Below, piece by piece: positions 1 to 9,576 of a stretch of DNA of 64,000 bases. The DNA lies in assembly GCA_046765655.1 (NCBI GenBank), contig JBKPMX010000013.1, forward strand, positions 1,815 through 65,814, written 5' to 3'. The notes under the pieces were generated by a model. The model did no database searches and was not told where the DNA came from. It was given only the letters and a program-made list of their open reading frames with translations. The DNA is from Acidobacteriota bacterium. Its GTDB lineage: Bacteria; Acidobacteriota; Blastocatellia; Pyrinomonadales; Pyrinomonadaceae. Within the stretch, counting starts at the first letter, position 1. Every line of letters begins with the position of its first letter. A program made the translations under genes and the position numbers.

Positions 1-1554
1 ATTGTTTGCGCCAATGTAGCCAATCTAATGATGGCGAGGGCTTCTGTCCGTCGTCGAGAGATTGCCATTCGCTTAGCATTGGGTGCTCGTCGGGGCAGGG
101 TTATTCGTCAACTGCTCACGGAGAGTTTGCTCCTGGCCTTCATTGGAGGATCAGTTGGACTACTCGTCACCCAATGGACGTCTCGCTCGTTGACTGCTTT
201 CTTTCCTGCTGACGATGCTGCGGGTCTCGATCTCAGTATTGACTGGCGCGTTCTTGGCTTTAGTTTAGGACTGACACTTTTGACCGGTATTGTTTTTGGA
301 CTTGCCCCCGCACTGCAAAGCACGCGTGCCAGCCTCACAACTTCTTTGAAAGACGAGCCCACACATGGAACGCGACTCAGGAATTTTGGACTCCGCAACG
401 CGTTGGTTGTTTCTCAATTGGCACTGTCTCTCGTTTTATTAATTGGCGCGGCACTGTTTGTCCGAAGCCTGATTAAGGCCGTGTCATTCGATCCGGGTTT
501 TGCCTCACAAAATCTCTTGATTGCTTCCATCGAAACGCGCGGCACCGCTCTAAACAAACAACAGGGCCTGGCGCTCTACGACGAGGCGGTGCGGCGTGTG
601 AGCACAATGTCCGGCGTCCAATCAGTGACAACGACGCGCGTCATTCCGATCAGTGGCGGCGGCCAGAGACGCGGGACCCATTTTGAAGGTTACGAACCTA
701 AACCGAACGAAGATACAGAAACCAATACGAATATCGTTGGGCTGAATTTCTTCAGCACGATGGGTATTCCCATCGTGCAGGGACGCGATTTCAACTCGCA
801 TGACGTTGAGAGTAGTCCGCTGGTGGTCATCGTTAACGAAGAAGTTGCGCGGAGATATTTTGGCGGTCAGAACGCGATCGGAAGGAAAATTCGTTTCGGC
901 GGCGCGGATATTCCGCAGCGAGAGATTGTGGGTATCGCACGCAATGCGAAGTACAGAAACTTGCGCGAGCAACAACTGCCTTTCATCTATATCCCGCTCG
1001 GTCAGGAATACCAACCAGGCATGACGTTGATGGTGCGCACACAAAGTGATCCATCCGCCTTTGTTCCTTCATTGCGCAATGAGATTCGCTCGCTAACCAA
1101 AGACGTCCCGGTGTTCTCAGTGCAAACCATGACAGATCGTATTGGCAGTCAGCTGTCAGCTGAGCGAATGATCGCCGTCTTATTAAGCATCTTTAGTAGC
1201 GTCGCACTGTTGCTTGCAGCCATTGGTGTCTACGGCGTAATCGCTTACTCGGTCGCGCAAAGAACTCGAGAGATCGGAATCAGAATGGCTTTGGGTGCTG
1301 AAGGGAAAGACATTTTGAAGTTGATTGTAAGCCAGGGATTAACGCTCGTAGTGATCGGCGCGGGCATTGGACTGTTGTTATCGCTTGCGTTCACGCGGCT
1401 GTTGCAAACACTGCTCTTCGGCGTCAGCGCAACCGATCCGTTAACGTTCGGAGCAATTGTCGCGCTGTTGATGCTCGTCGGGTTGGTGGCCTGTTATCTG
1501 CCCGCGCGACGCGCGACGAAGGTCGATCCACTGGTGGCGTTGAGATATGAATGA
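1..1554 (+). CDS. ADOP-family duplicated FtsX/MacB-like permease, 5'-truncated by window edge (array member 1)
   Basis: Frame 1 is open from base 1 (IVCANVANLMMARASVRRREIAIRLALGARRGR), so the window starts inside the first FtsX module. Second module [15 protein letters not shown]; tail [17 protein letters not shown] then stop. Confidence 0.88.
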   Translation: MVCANVANLMMARASVRRREIAIRLALGARRGRVIRQLLTESLLLAFIGGSVGLLVTQWTSRSLTAFFPADDAAGLDLSIDWRVLGFSLGLTLLTGIVFGLAPALQSTRASLTTSLKDEPTHGTRLRNFGLRNALVVSQLALSLVLLIGAALFVRSLIKAVSFDPGFASQNLLIASIETRGTALNKQQGLALYDEAVRRVSTMSGVQSVTTTRVIPISGGGQRRGTHFEGYEPKPNEDTETNTNIVGLNFFSTMGIPIVQGRDFNSHDVESSPLVVIVNEEVARRYFGGQNAIGRKIRFGGADIPQREIVGIARNAKYRNLREQQLPFIYIPLGQEYQPGMTLMVRTQSDPSAFVPSLRNEIRSLTKDVPVFSVQTMTDRIGSQLSAERMIAVLLSIFSSVALLLAAIGVYGVIAYSVAQRTREIGIRMALGAEGKDILKLIVSQGLTLVVIGAGIGLLLSLAFTRLLQTLLFGVSATDPLTFGAIVALLMLVGLVACYLPARRATKVDPLVALRYE

Positions 1555-1626
1555 AGATTTGTCGCGACTTTGTTGGTTGGTAGTTAGTTCTTTGTGCTTG
1601 GTAGTTGTCATGATGTCGAACCAACA

Positions 1627-1722
1627 CTCAATTAAGGAACGGCAGCGAAGCGACCGATTTCAAGTTGCATTGAGTGTGGCGTTCGTTGGAATCGGTCGCT
1701 TCGCTCCCGTTCCTTAATTGAG
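1627..1722. repeat. 96-bp palindromic element (33-nt arms) nested inside a heptad-repeat spacer
   Basis: ctcaattaaggaacggcagcgaagcgaccgatt (1627-1659) is the near-perfect reverse complement of aatcggtcgcttcgctcccgttccttaattgag (1690-1722). Confidence 0.85.
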
Positions 1723-1740
1723 CGCACAACACACAAAGTA

Positions 1741-1794
1741 CAAAGCACCAAGGCCAAAGACCAAAGACCGTAGAGACAAGGAACAAGGAAGAAC
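1741..1794 (+). repeat. 7-nt periodic tract running up to the start codon of member 2
   Basis: CAAAGCA CCAAGGC CAAAGAC CAAAGAC CGTAGAG ACAAGGA ACAAGGA AGAAC then ATG 1795. A partly complementary TTTG-type tract lies at about 1560-1610. Confidence 0.75.
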
Positions 1795-4233
1795 ATGGAC
1801 ACATTAATTCAAGACATCCGTTTCGGAATTCGCATGCTGCTGAAGTCGCCGGGGGTTAGCATCATTGCAACGATCGCTCTCGCACTTGGGATTGGTGCCA
1901 ACACCGCCATCTTCAGCGTTGTAAATGCAGTGTTGCTGCGGCCACTGCCATTCCCGAATTCTGAAGCGCTCACTTCTGTATTTGGCACGAACCGAGAGCG
2001 CGGCGTTTTGCACGGCTCGTTTTCATATCCAGATTTTTTCGATCTGCGTGCACAGAACAGCTCGTTTGAGCGCGTGAGTTGTTATCACGACGGTGACTTC
2101 ATTCTGACCCAGCACGGAGAGCCGGCGCGACTAACTGGTGTTATCGCGACGTCAGACCTATTACCACTCCTCGGTGTCGCACCGATGCTCGGACGCGGTT
2201 TCGTACCGGATGAAGATAAACCATCGGCGAGTCGGGTTGTTGTTCTCAGTCATTCCATGTTTGAGAAGTACTTCAATTCTGATGAGAAGATCCTTAACCA
2301 GCCAATCACGCTCGATGGCAAACCCTTCATTGTCGTTGGGGTGATGCCACGTGGATTTCAGTTTCCGATTCAGAATGACTCGGTCGATCTTTGGACCACG
2401 ATCACTGGTGATGCGTCGGGTTCGGACCCGATAACCGCACAGCGTGGAGCGCACTTCTTAAAAGTGATTGGTCGGTTGAAACCTGGTGTAACTGAAGAAA
2501 AAGCCCAGGCGGACGCCGATACCATTGCCGCACGTTTGGCAGAACAGTATCCCGATACTGATTCGCGGCACGGGATGAGTGTTGAGCAAACACTTCGGGC
2601 AATTGTCGGCGATATAAGACCAGCATTACTAATTCTCCTTGGCGCCGTCTCGTTTGTGCTTTTAATCGCGTGCGCGAATGTTGCAAACCTGCTGCTTGCG
2701 CGCGCGATGTCTCGTTACAAAGAGATGGCAATTAGGTCCGCGCTTGGCGCGAGCCGTTGGCGAGTTGTCCGGCAACTATTGATCGAGAGCATACTGCTTT
2801 CTGTGGTCGGTGGCGCAATTGGTTTGCTGTTGGCCGTTTGGTGGTCTGATCTACTCATCGCCTTAGGAAAAGACGATATCCCACGGGCGACACATGTCAG
2901 CCTTGATTGGCGTGTGCTTCTCTACACGTTCGGTATCTCCGTTTTTACGGGAGTTTTATTTGGATTGGCTCCCGCATTCCATTCTGCCAAGAGTGGCCTA
3001 TCCGAGACTTTGAAAGAAGGACGCGGCGCCGGTGCAGGAGCAAGTAAGAACCGACTCCGAGCGAGTCTTGTAGTCAGCGAAGTTGCGATCGCCGTCGTGT
3101 TATTGGTTGGCGCAGGGCTCTTAATTAAGAGCTTGTGGAGGCTTAATACCGTCAACCCTGGCCTGGATCCTAAGAACATTCTCACCTTCAACGTCGCTCT
3201 GCCGGAAGTAAAGTATCCCTCCGAACGGCAGGCCCAATTCTTTAGCACCCTGAAGAAGCAATTGGAATCAATGCCAGGGGTACAGTCGGCGAGTGTCGTC
3301 GATCCGCTGCCCTTGAGTGGCGAGCGATTCAGCCTCTCGTTTGAGATCGACGGCAGGCCTGTCGCCAAAAAAGATCAACCGTCAGCCGATTTCTTCAACG
3401 TCGATCCGGGGTATTTCAAAACCATGAGTATCCCAATGATCAAAGGAAGAGATTTCGACGATCGAGATAAGCACAAATCAGCCCCAGTAATCATAGTCAG
3501 CGAAACGTTTGCGCGGCAGATTTTTCCCGGTGAAGACGTAATCGGGAAAAGAATTAAGCCCGGTATTTCGGTATTCGAAGACGAAGAGACGCCTTGGCGT
3601 GAAATTGTCGGAGTAGTTGGTGACGTTAAGAATCGTGCACTCAATACCGAGCCACGCCCAGTCTATTACGTTCCTCAAGCGCAGGTTCCGTTCAATCAAG
3701 AGATCATTGTGGTGAAAACGACCGGCGATCCACACGCCCTGGTGAAAGCGGCAACGAAAGAGGTCGGAACATTAGACGGAGACCTTGCAGTCTTCGGTGT
3801 GAAGACGATGGAGGAATACATCAGCCGATCCGTTTCCACTCCACGCTTCAATACGACCTTGCTTTCCATCTTCGCAGGAGTTGCGTTGGTGCTGACGGTC
3901 GTTGGCCTTTACGGCGTGATGAGCTATGCGGTGGCCCAACGAACAAACGAAATTGGAATTCGGTTGGCCTTGGGTGCGCAGACCAGAGATGTGCTGTCGT
4001 TGATTATTGGTCAGGGGCTGCGGCTGGTTCTAGTCGGATTAGCAATCGGGCTACTTGGTGCCTTCGCGTTAATGCGCGTGATCTCTGGCCTATTGTTTGG
4101 CGTGACTGCGAAAGATCCAATGACGTTCATCATTGTATCGGTGGTGCTGGCCGTAATCGCATTGCTGGCTTGTTACGTACCCGCACGCCGCGCGACAAGG
4201 GTCGATCCGCTGGAGGCGTTGCGATACGAATAG
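1795..4233 (+). CDS. ADOP-family duplicated orphan permease (member 2)
   Basis: N-term MDTLIQDIRFGIRMLLKSPG and [11 protein letters not shown] (TM1). FtsX hallmarks [15 protein letters not shown] and [15 protein letters not shown]. Tail [17 protein letters not shown]. 812 aa. Confidence 0.9.
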   Translation: MDTLIQDIRFGIRMLLKSPGVSIIATIALALGIGANTAIFSVVNAVLLRPLPFPNSEALTSVFGTNRERGVLHGSFSYPDFFDLRAQNSSFERVSCYHDGDFILTQHGEPARLTGVIATSDLLPLLGVAPMLGRGFVPDEDKPSASRVVVLSHSMFEKYFNSDEKILNQPITLDGKPFIVVGVMPRGFQFPIQNDSVDLWTTITGDASGSDPITAQRGAHFLKVIGRLKPGVTEEKAQADADTIAARLAEQYPDTDSRHGMSVEQTLRAIVGDIRPALLILLGAVSFVLLIACANVANLLLARAMSRYKEMAIRSALGASRWRVVRQLLIESILLSVVGGAIGLLLAVWWSDLLIALGKDDIPRATHVSLDWRVLLYTFGISVFTGVLFGLAPAFHSAKSGLSETLKEGRGAGAGASKNRLRASLVVSEVAIAVVLLVGAGLLIKSLWRLNTVNPGLDPKNILTFNVALPEVKYPSERQAQFFSTLKKQLESMPGVQSASVVDPLPLSGERFSLSFEIDGRPVAKKDQPSADFFNVDPGYFKTMSIPMIKGRDFDDRDKHKSAPVIIVSETFARQIFPGEDVIGKRIKPGISVFEDEETPWREIVGVVGDVKNRALNTEPRPVYYVPQAQVPFNQEIIVVKTTGDPHALVKAATKEVGTLDGDLAVFGVKTMEEYISRSVSTPRFNTTLLSIFAGVALVLTVVGLYGVMSYAVAQRTNEIGIRLALGAQTRDVLSLIIGQGLRLVLVGLAIGLLGAFALMRVISGLLFGVTAKDPMTFIIVSVVLAVIALLACYVPARRATRVDPLEALRYE

Positions 4234-4244
4234 GTTCTCATTCT

Positions 4245-4393
4245 CCCCGGGCTTTAGCCCGGGGTATGGGCCGTTCTAGTTTCGAAACCGTTTCAACGGT
4301 TTCGCAGCAATCGTTCACGAGATGGTCGAGAAACCGTTGAAACGGTTTCCAGAGTTCTCGTATGACGCTTGATCCCCAGGCTAAAGCCTGGGG
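4245..4393. repeat. composite palindromic element: two inverted units, each made of two short hairpins
   Basis: ccccgggctttagcccgggg ... gaaaccgtttcaacggtttc // gaaaccgttgaaacggtttc ... ccccaggctaaagcctgggg. Each quoted block is itself a stem-loop, and the two halves are inverted copies. Confidence 0.85.
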
Positions 4394-4408
4394 TGAATGA
4401 GACAAAAC

Positions 4409-4457
4409 AAAGCGCAAAGACCAAAGACCAATGACCAAAGACCAAAGACTAAAGACC
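4409..4457 (+). repeat. heptanucleotide tandem repeat (AAAGACC type, 7 units) 5 nt upstream of the member 3 start
   Basis: AAAGCGC AAAGACC AAAGACC AATGACC AAAGACC AAAGACT AAAGACC tgacg ATG(4463). Confidence 0.9.
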
Positions 4458-4462
4458 TGACG

Positions 4463-6871
4463 ATGAACACTCTTCTGCGTGACATCCGTTTTGCATTTCG
4501 AAACCTGGCAAAGCGTCCAACGTTTGCAGCGATTGTGATTGTGGTGCTCGGCCTCGGAATCGGATCTACAACGGCCATTTTTTCCATCGTCGATGCACTA
4601 CTGCTGCGGGCGCTGCCTTATCGGAACGCTGATCGCCTCGTCATGCTCCGCGAAGTTGATGCTAAAGGTAATTTGATGCGGATGTCGTCGGCGAATTTTT
4701 CGGATGTCAGCAAACAAAATCGCAGCTTTGATGAAGTCGCATTTTCCGCGGGCAGCTTTCCGCTGGTTATCACAGGTTCTGTAGAACCCGGCCGCGCGAG
4801 AATGTCGTATGGCTCCGCGAGTTTTTTTCGCGCGATGGGAGTCGCACCGATCGTCGGCCGCTCGTTCTTACCGGAGGAGGAAAAATATAAACAGTACGGT
4901 GGGCCAGTTTCAGCTGTCCTGAGCTATGGCTATTGGCAGAAGGCTCTCGCCGGACGATTAGATTTCGCCAATATCAAACTGAATATTGACGGCGTGGACT
5001 GCAACGTCGTCGGAGTAATGCCGCCTTCGTTTGATTATCCCGCGAACACCGAGCTCTGGGTCACGTCAAACGCAGAGCCACCAAACCCTTCACGCACTGC
5101 TCACAACTTTCCCGTCATCGCACTGCTTAAAGAAGGCGTGACGATCGAACAGGCCCAGGCTGATCTGACCCTGATTGCGAAACAGCTAAAGCAGGAGTAT
5201 GGAGAGAAAACAGACGCCGTCGATTTCGGCATCACTCCCCTACAAAGTTTTCTGACGCGAAACGTCAAACAAGGTCTCTGGCTCTTGTTTGGTGCCGTTG
5301 GGCTCTTATTACTTGTCGCCTGCGCTAATTTCTCAAACCTGCTGTTGGGCCAACTGATGTCGCGACAACGCGAGTTCACGCTGCGCATTGCGCTTGGGGC
5401 TTCTCGCGCTCGTCTCATCAGGCAAGTGTTAGTGGAAAACCTGATGCTGACGCTTCCCGCTGCTGCTCTTGGGATTCTGCTGGCAACGTTTGGCGTTCGT
5501 CTTGTCTCAGCTTTGGAAAAAGGAACCCTGCCGAAAATTAACACCATAGGTGTCGATGCGCGGGTTCTTACCTTCGCGTGTGCGCTCAGTGTGTTGATCG
5601 CCGTAGCGTTGAGTTTTTTGCCCGGCTTTAGTTCTCGACGCGATCTAAACGCCGGGTTGAAGGCAGGGACGCGATCACAAACTCGCAGTGGTGGCTATCT
5701 GCGAAGCGGGTTTGTCGTGGGCCAGATTGCATTGACAGTGGTGTTGTTAACAGGCGCGGGCTTGTTGGTGCGCAGCTTTTTGAAGGTGATGGCAGTAAAT
5801 CCGGGCTTCGATTCAAGTGGAGCTTTGGTAATGACCCTGTCGTTGCCCACAACGATAAGTGTCGAAGAGGACGAACGAATCCGACAGTTTTATGTCGGAC
5901 TGCTTGAGCGTGTTGGACAAATACCAGGTGTGACCTCGGTGGGCGGTATAAGCAGCCTGCCTCTTCAAGGTAGCGGCCGAAATGGACAGTTCTTGATCGA
6001 TAACGATCCTAATCAGCCGGGTTACGCCGTTTTTCAAGTTGCGAGCAGCGGATATTTTTCCGCAATGAGAATTCCTCTCCTGCGCGGTCGACTATTCGAC
6101 AGCTCCGACAAAGTAAATGGACAACATGTGGCGGTGATTAGCCAATCGTTGGCTAACCGCTGGCCCAAGGGCGACCCGATTGGACAAAAAATTCAATTCG
6201 GCAACATGGACACTGACAAGCACTTGATGGAAATCGTCGGTGTCGTGGGCGATGTGCATCAATCAAGTCTTGAGGGTGAGGCGCAGCCAACGGTCTATGG
6301 CTTTTCACTTCAGCGACCTCAATGGTGGCAAGTTGCAAGTCTCGAAATCGTTGTTCGTTCGCAGTCTGATCCGAAAGCTTTGATCCCTTCGCTTCGCACA
6401 ACTGTGCAAAGTCTCCGATCCGACGTGCCAATGGATTTCAAAACGCTTCAAGACGTGTATTCGTCGGCGTTCGATGCTCGTCGTCTCACTTTGACATTGT
6501 TTGGTGTGTTTGGCGGAGTCGCGTTGCTAATCGCAATCATCGGCCTGTACGGGATGCTAAGTTTCTCCGTAACCGAAAGAACGCGAGAAATGGGAATCCG
6601 CATCGCGTTAGGTGCTCAGCGGGGTCGTGTGCTTGGTCTGGTGATCACGCAAGGATTGAAGCTCGCGGCCATTGGAGTTGCGATTGGGTTGCTTGGCGCC
6701 TGGGGCGCGACCCGTTTGATGAATGCTTTGTTGTTCGGCGTCACACCTACTGATTCGCTGACGCTTACGATGGTTGTGCTAACGCTCGGCGTGGTCGCGT
6801 TGTTTGCGTGTTATGTGCCTGCACGCCGTGCCACGAAAGTGGATCCTTTGGTGGCGTTGCGAGAGGAATGA
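4463..6871 (+). CDS. ADOP-family duplicated orphan permease (member 3)
   Basis: The ORF opens at 4397, but the first 22 codons only translate the AAAGACC heptad tract. Family-consensus start MNTLLRDIRFAFRNL at ATG 4463. [15 protein letters not shown] / REMGIRIALGAQRGR. Tail [17 protein letters not shown]. Confidence 0.88.
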   Translation: MNTLLRDIRFAFRNLAKRPTFAAIVIVVLGLGIGSTTAIFSIVDALLLRALPYRNADRLVMLREVDAKGNLMRMSSANFSDVSKQNRSFDEVAFSAGSFPLVITGSVEPGRARMSYGSASFFRAMGVAPIVGRSFLPEEEKYKQYGGPVSAVLSYGYWQKALAGRLDFANIKLNIDGVDCNVVGVMPPSFDYPANTELWVTSNAEPPNPSRTAHNFPVIALLKEGVTIEQAQADLTLIAKQLKQEYGEKTDAVDFGITPLQSFLTRNVKQGLWLLFGAVGLLLLVACANFSNLLLGQLMSRQREFTLRIALGASRARLIRQVLVENLMLTLPAAALGILLATFGVRLVSALEKGTLPKINTIGVDARVLTFACALSVLIAVALSFLPGFSSRRDLNAGLKAGTRSQTRSGGYLRSGFVVGQIALTVVLLTGAGLLVRSFLKVMAVNPGFDSSGALVMTLSLPTTISVEEDERIRQFYVGLLERVGQIPGVTSVGGISSLPLQGSGRNGQFLIDNDPNQPGYAVFQVASSGYFSAMRIPLLRGRLFDSSDKVNGQHVAVISQSLANRWPKGDPIGQKIQFGNMDTDKHLMEIVGVVGDVHQSSLEGEAQPTVYGFSLQRPQWWQVASLEIVVRSQSDPKALIPSLRTTVQSLRSDVPMDFKTLQDVYSSAFDARRLTLTLFGVFGGVALLIAIIGLYGMLSFSVTERTREMGIRIALGAQRGRVLGLVITQGLKLAAIGVAIGLLGAWGATRLMNALLFGVTPTDSLTLTMVVLTLGVVALFACYVPARRATKVDPLVALREE

Positions 6872-6896
6872 TGGGTTTTTGTGGGCACTCAATATA

Positions 6897-7010
6897 GTGG
6901 GAAACAGTCAGTACCGAAACGCGGTAGCGGTGGGTCCGCTCTGTTACCGCCCGTTGAGTGTTAGGTGGCGGATCCGACGCTACCGCGTTTCGGTACTGAC
7001 TGTTTCCCAC
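6897..7010. mobile_element. palindromic MITE/REP-like element, family A copy 1
   Basis: gtgggaaacagtcagtaccgaaacgcggtagcg (6897-6929) and its exact reverse complement cgctaccgcgtttcggtactgactgtttcccac (6978-7010). The same arms recur at 23738 and 54766. Confidence 0.85.
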
Positions 7011-7049
7011 TGTGATGACAAATATGAAAGCTCTTAGGAATACAAGCAA

Positions 7050-9473
7050 ATGAATTTACTATTGCAAGACATCCGCTTCGGTTTTCGAATGCTGTTCAAG
7101 AATCCAGTTGTCACCCTAGTAGCGATCTTAGCGCTGACGCTCGGCATTGGTGCGAACACTGCGATCTTCAGCGTCGTGTATGCAGTGATGCTTGGATCGC
7201 TGCCATACAAGAATGCCGATCAAATAGTAGTTGTATGGGAGAAACAGCCGGAAAACGATCAGAACACGATCAACATAGGTAATTTCGCCGACTGGAAGAA
7301 ACAGAACACTGTGTTTTCCGACATGGCTGCATTTTTCGATTACAGAAGTCAGGCGACTGGGGAGGGAGCGCCAGAAGAGATTCCATCCCAACTTGCTACA
7401 CCCAACCTGTTTTCCGTTTTGGGGGTGAGCCCAATCATCGGTCGCGGCTTTACCGAGGAGGATGCAGCGGAGGGTTCTCCCAGCGTCGTTGTAATTAGTT
7501 ATGGACTTTGGCAGCGGCGCTACGGTGCCGACCCAGGAATCGTCGGTCGAAAAATCACACTCAATAGCAATCCGGCAACAGTTGTGGGTGTTATGCCTCG
7601 AGATTTTGGTTGGCATGTTCGCAAAGCATCGCGCACGCGCAAACCGGCGGAACTTTGGGCACCGTGGCGTTTTAGTTCGGGCATGCTCGAGCGCCGTGGC
7701 CGCTTCGCAATGTCAGTCGCTCGGCTGAAACCGGGAGTCACAGTCGAACAAGCACAGAGCGAGATGAACACGATCGCGTCGCGGCTAACCCAGCAATATC
7801 CTGACTTCAACACAAACTGGGGTGTCAATGTTGTACCTGTGCGGACGCAATTCACTGGTGACCTTCGTAAGCCGCTCTGGATTCTACTCGGGGCAGTTGG
7901 GTTTGTTCTGTTGATAGCGTGTGCGAATGTCGCGAATCTTTTACTCGCGCGTGCTACAGCGCGAAGAAAAGAGATCGCAGTGCGTATCGGTCTTGGCGCA
8001 AGTCGGTCGCGTGTTGTGCGTCAGTTGCTAACTGAAAGCTTATTGCTGTCAGCGGTCGGCAGTACGTTAGGTTTGTTAGTAGCTGTCTGGGGAACGAGGG
8101 CGCTAATTGCAATTGGTCCACCCTCGTTGGCAAGCGTCACAGGCGTCGGCGTCAACATTCCCGTGCTTGGCTTCACGCTCGGTGTTGCCTTACTCACGGC
8201 GATCCTTTTCGGACTAGTGCCGGCATTCGAAGCTTCACGTTTCAGCTTCAATGACTCGTTGAAAGAAGGTGGAAAGAATATCGGTGGTAGCGCGGGTAGC
8301 CACCGTTTTCGAAACCTGTTTGTCGTAACGCAAGTGGCGCTTGCCCTGTTGTTACTGGTAGGCGCAGGCTTGTTACTGAAGAGTCTCAATCGCTTGCAAT
8401 CAGTCGATCCGGGGTTCAACGCGAAGAACCTTTTGACCTTGCGAGTTAGTTTGCCTCCTCAAACGCCCGACGGAAAGTGCGTCTCCTTCTTTCAAACTTT
8501 ACTAGAACAAGTACGTGGAATTCCGGGCGTAGAGTCAGCCGGCGCAATCGATACATTGCCCTTCACCTCACAACATTCCGGAACGATCGTGGAGATCGTA
8601 GGAGAGGCGAAACGTCCTGCTGGCCAGGAACTGGAAACCGGCGTTGGCGTCACGGATCAAGATTACTTCAATGCAATGCAGATCCCACTCAAGCGCGGGC
8701 GTCTATACACAAAACAGGAAGCGATCGAAGCCCGGCATGTTGTTGTCGTAAACGAGACCTTCGCTCGAGTGAATTTTCCTGGCCAGGATCCATTGGGTAA
8801 ACGCGTCATCATTTACATGAAAGACGAGAACGTACCTTCTGAAATCATCGGCATTGTCGGCGACAGCAAGCACATGGGCCTCGATAAGATGCCGGACGCA
8901 ATGTCTTACTGGCCTCACGCCGAACTTGCGTATGCGCAAATGACTTTGGCGATCCGCACGAAAGGGGATGCGGCAAGTTTTGCACCGGCCATTAGGGAAC
9001 TGGTTTCGCGAATGGATCCAAACCAGCCCATCAGTGATGTCGCAACAATGGAGCAACTCCTGGCTGTATCAGTGTCACGCTCAAAATTTAATACGAGTTT
9101 GCTCGTAATCTTTGCGATCGTTGCATTGGTCATGGCTGTTGTCGGGATCTACGGCGTGATGTCTTACACGGTAACGCAAAGGACGCACGAGATTGGTGTG
9201 CGCATGGCACTCGGTGCGCAAACGCGTGACGTGATGAAGTTGGTGGTAATGCGCGGCCTCGTTCTTGGACTGATTGGTGTTGCGGTTGGCGTGGCAGCGG
9301 CCTTCGCGCTAACGCGATTGATGACAACGCTATTGTTCGAAGTGACGCCAACGGACGCAACTGTTTTTGCGAGCGTCGCCGTGGGTTCGTTCCTGGTCAC
9401 GTTGCTGGCCTGTTCAATTCCAGCACGACGCGCGACCAAAGTAGATCCACTTAAGGCGCTCAGGTACGAATGA
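7050..9473 (+). CDS. ADOP-family duplicated orphan permease (member 4)
   Basis: [34 protein letters not shown] / [15 protein letters not shown]. Tail [17 protein letters not shown]. Confidence 0.9.
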   Translation: MNLLLQDIRFGFRMLFKNPVVTLVAILALTLGIGANTAIFSVVYAVMLGSLPYKNADQIVVVWEKQPENDQNTINIGNFADWKKQNTVFSDMAAFFDYRSQATGEGAPEEIPSQLATPNLFSVLGVSPIIGRGFTEEDAAEGSPSVVVISYGLWQRRYGADPGIVGRKITLNSNPATVVGVMPRDFGWHVRKASRTRKPAELWAPWRFSSGMLERRGRFAMSVARLKPGVTVEQAQSEMNTIASRLTQQYPDFNTNWGVNVVPVRTQFTGDLRKPLWILLGAVGFVLLIACANVANLLLARATARRKEIAVRIGLGASRSRVVRQLLTESLLLSAVGSTLGLLVAVWGTRALIAIGPPSLASVTGVGVNIPVLGFTLGVALLTAILFGLVPAFEASRFSFNDSLKEGGKNIGGSAGSHRFRNLFVVTQVALALLLLVGAGLLLKSLNRLQSVDPGFNAKNLLTLRVSLPPQTPDGKCVSFFQTLLEQVRGIPGVESAGAIDTLPFTSQHSGTIVEIVGEAKRPAGQELETGVGVTDQDYFNAMQIPLKRGRLYTKQEAIEARHVVVVNETFARVNFPGQDPLGKRVIIYMKDENVPSEIIGIVGDSKHMGLDKMPDAMSYWPHAELAYAQMTLAIRTKGDAASFAPAIRELVSRMDPNQPISDVATMEQLLAVSVSRSKFNTSLLVIFAIVALVMAVVGIYGVMSYTVTQRTHEIGVRMALGAQTRDVMKLVVMRGLVLGLIGVAVGVAAAFALTRLMTTLLFEVTPTDATVFASVAVGSFLVTLLACSIPARRATKVDPLKALRYE

Positions 9474-9478
9474 AAGAT

Positions 9479-9570
9479 GGCCTTGGGCCTTCGGCCTTAG
9501 GTCTTTGCGCCTTGCGCGCAACAGGTACCAAGGGCGAAGGCCAAAGAGCAAAGGCCAAAGACCAAGGACC
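9479..9570. repeat. stop-to-start spacer hairpin built from complementary heptad tracts
   Basis: Left GGCCTTG GGCCTTC GGCCTTA GGTCTTT GCGCCTT (9479-9514). Right CAAGGGC GAAGGCC AAAGAGC AAAGGCC AAAGACC AAGGACC (9529-9570). The arms are imperfectly complementary. ATG at 9577. Confidence 0.85.
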
Positions 9571-9576
9571 AGTTTT

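Noticed and set aside
4397-4462. In-frame N-terminal extensions of ADOP ORFs rich in K/P/Q/R (for example MRQNKAQRPKTNDQRPKTKDLT; similar at 9505, 11949, 26376, 31474, 41943), considered as real leader sequences.
   Set aside because: They are translations of the 7-nt repeat tracts, several begin with non-ATG codons, and one starts inside the preceding gene. All 20 proteins align from a conserved M..LLQD[IL]RY start that usually has its own Shine-Dalgarno-like motif.
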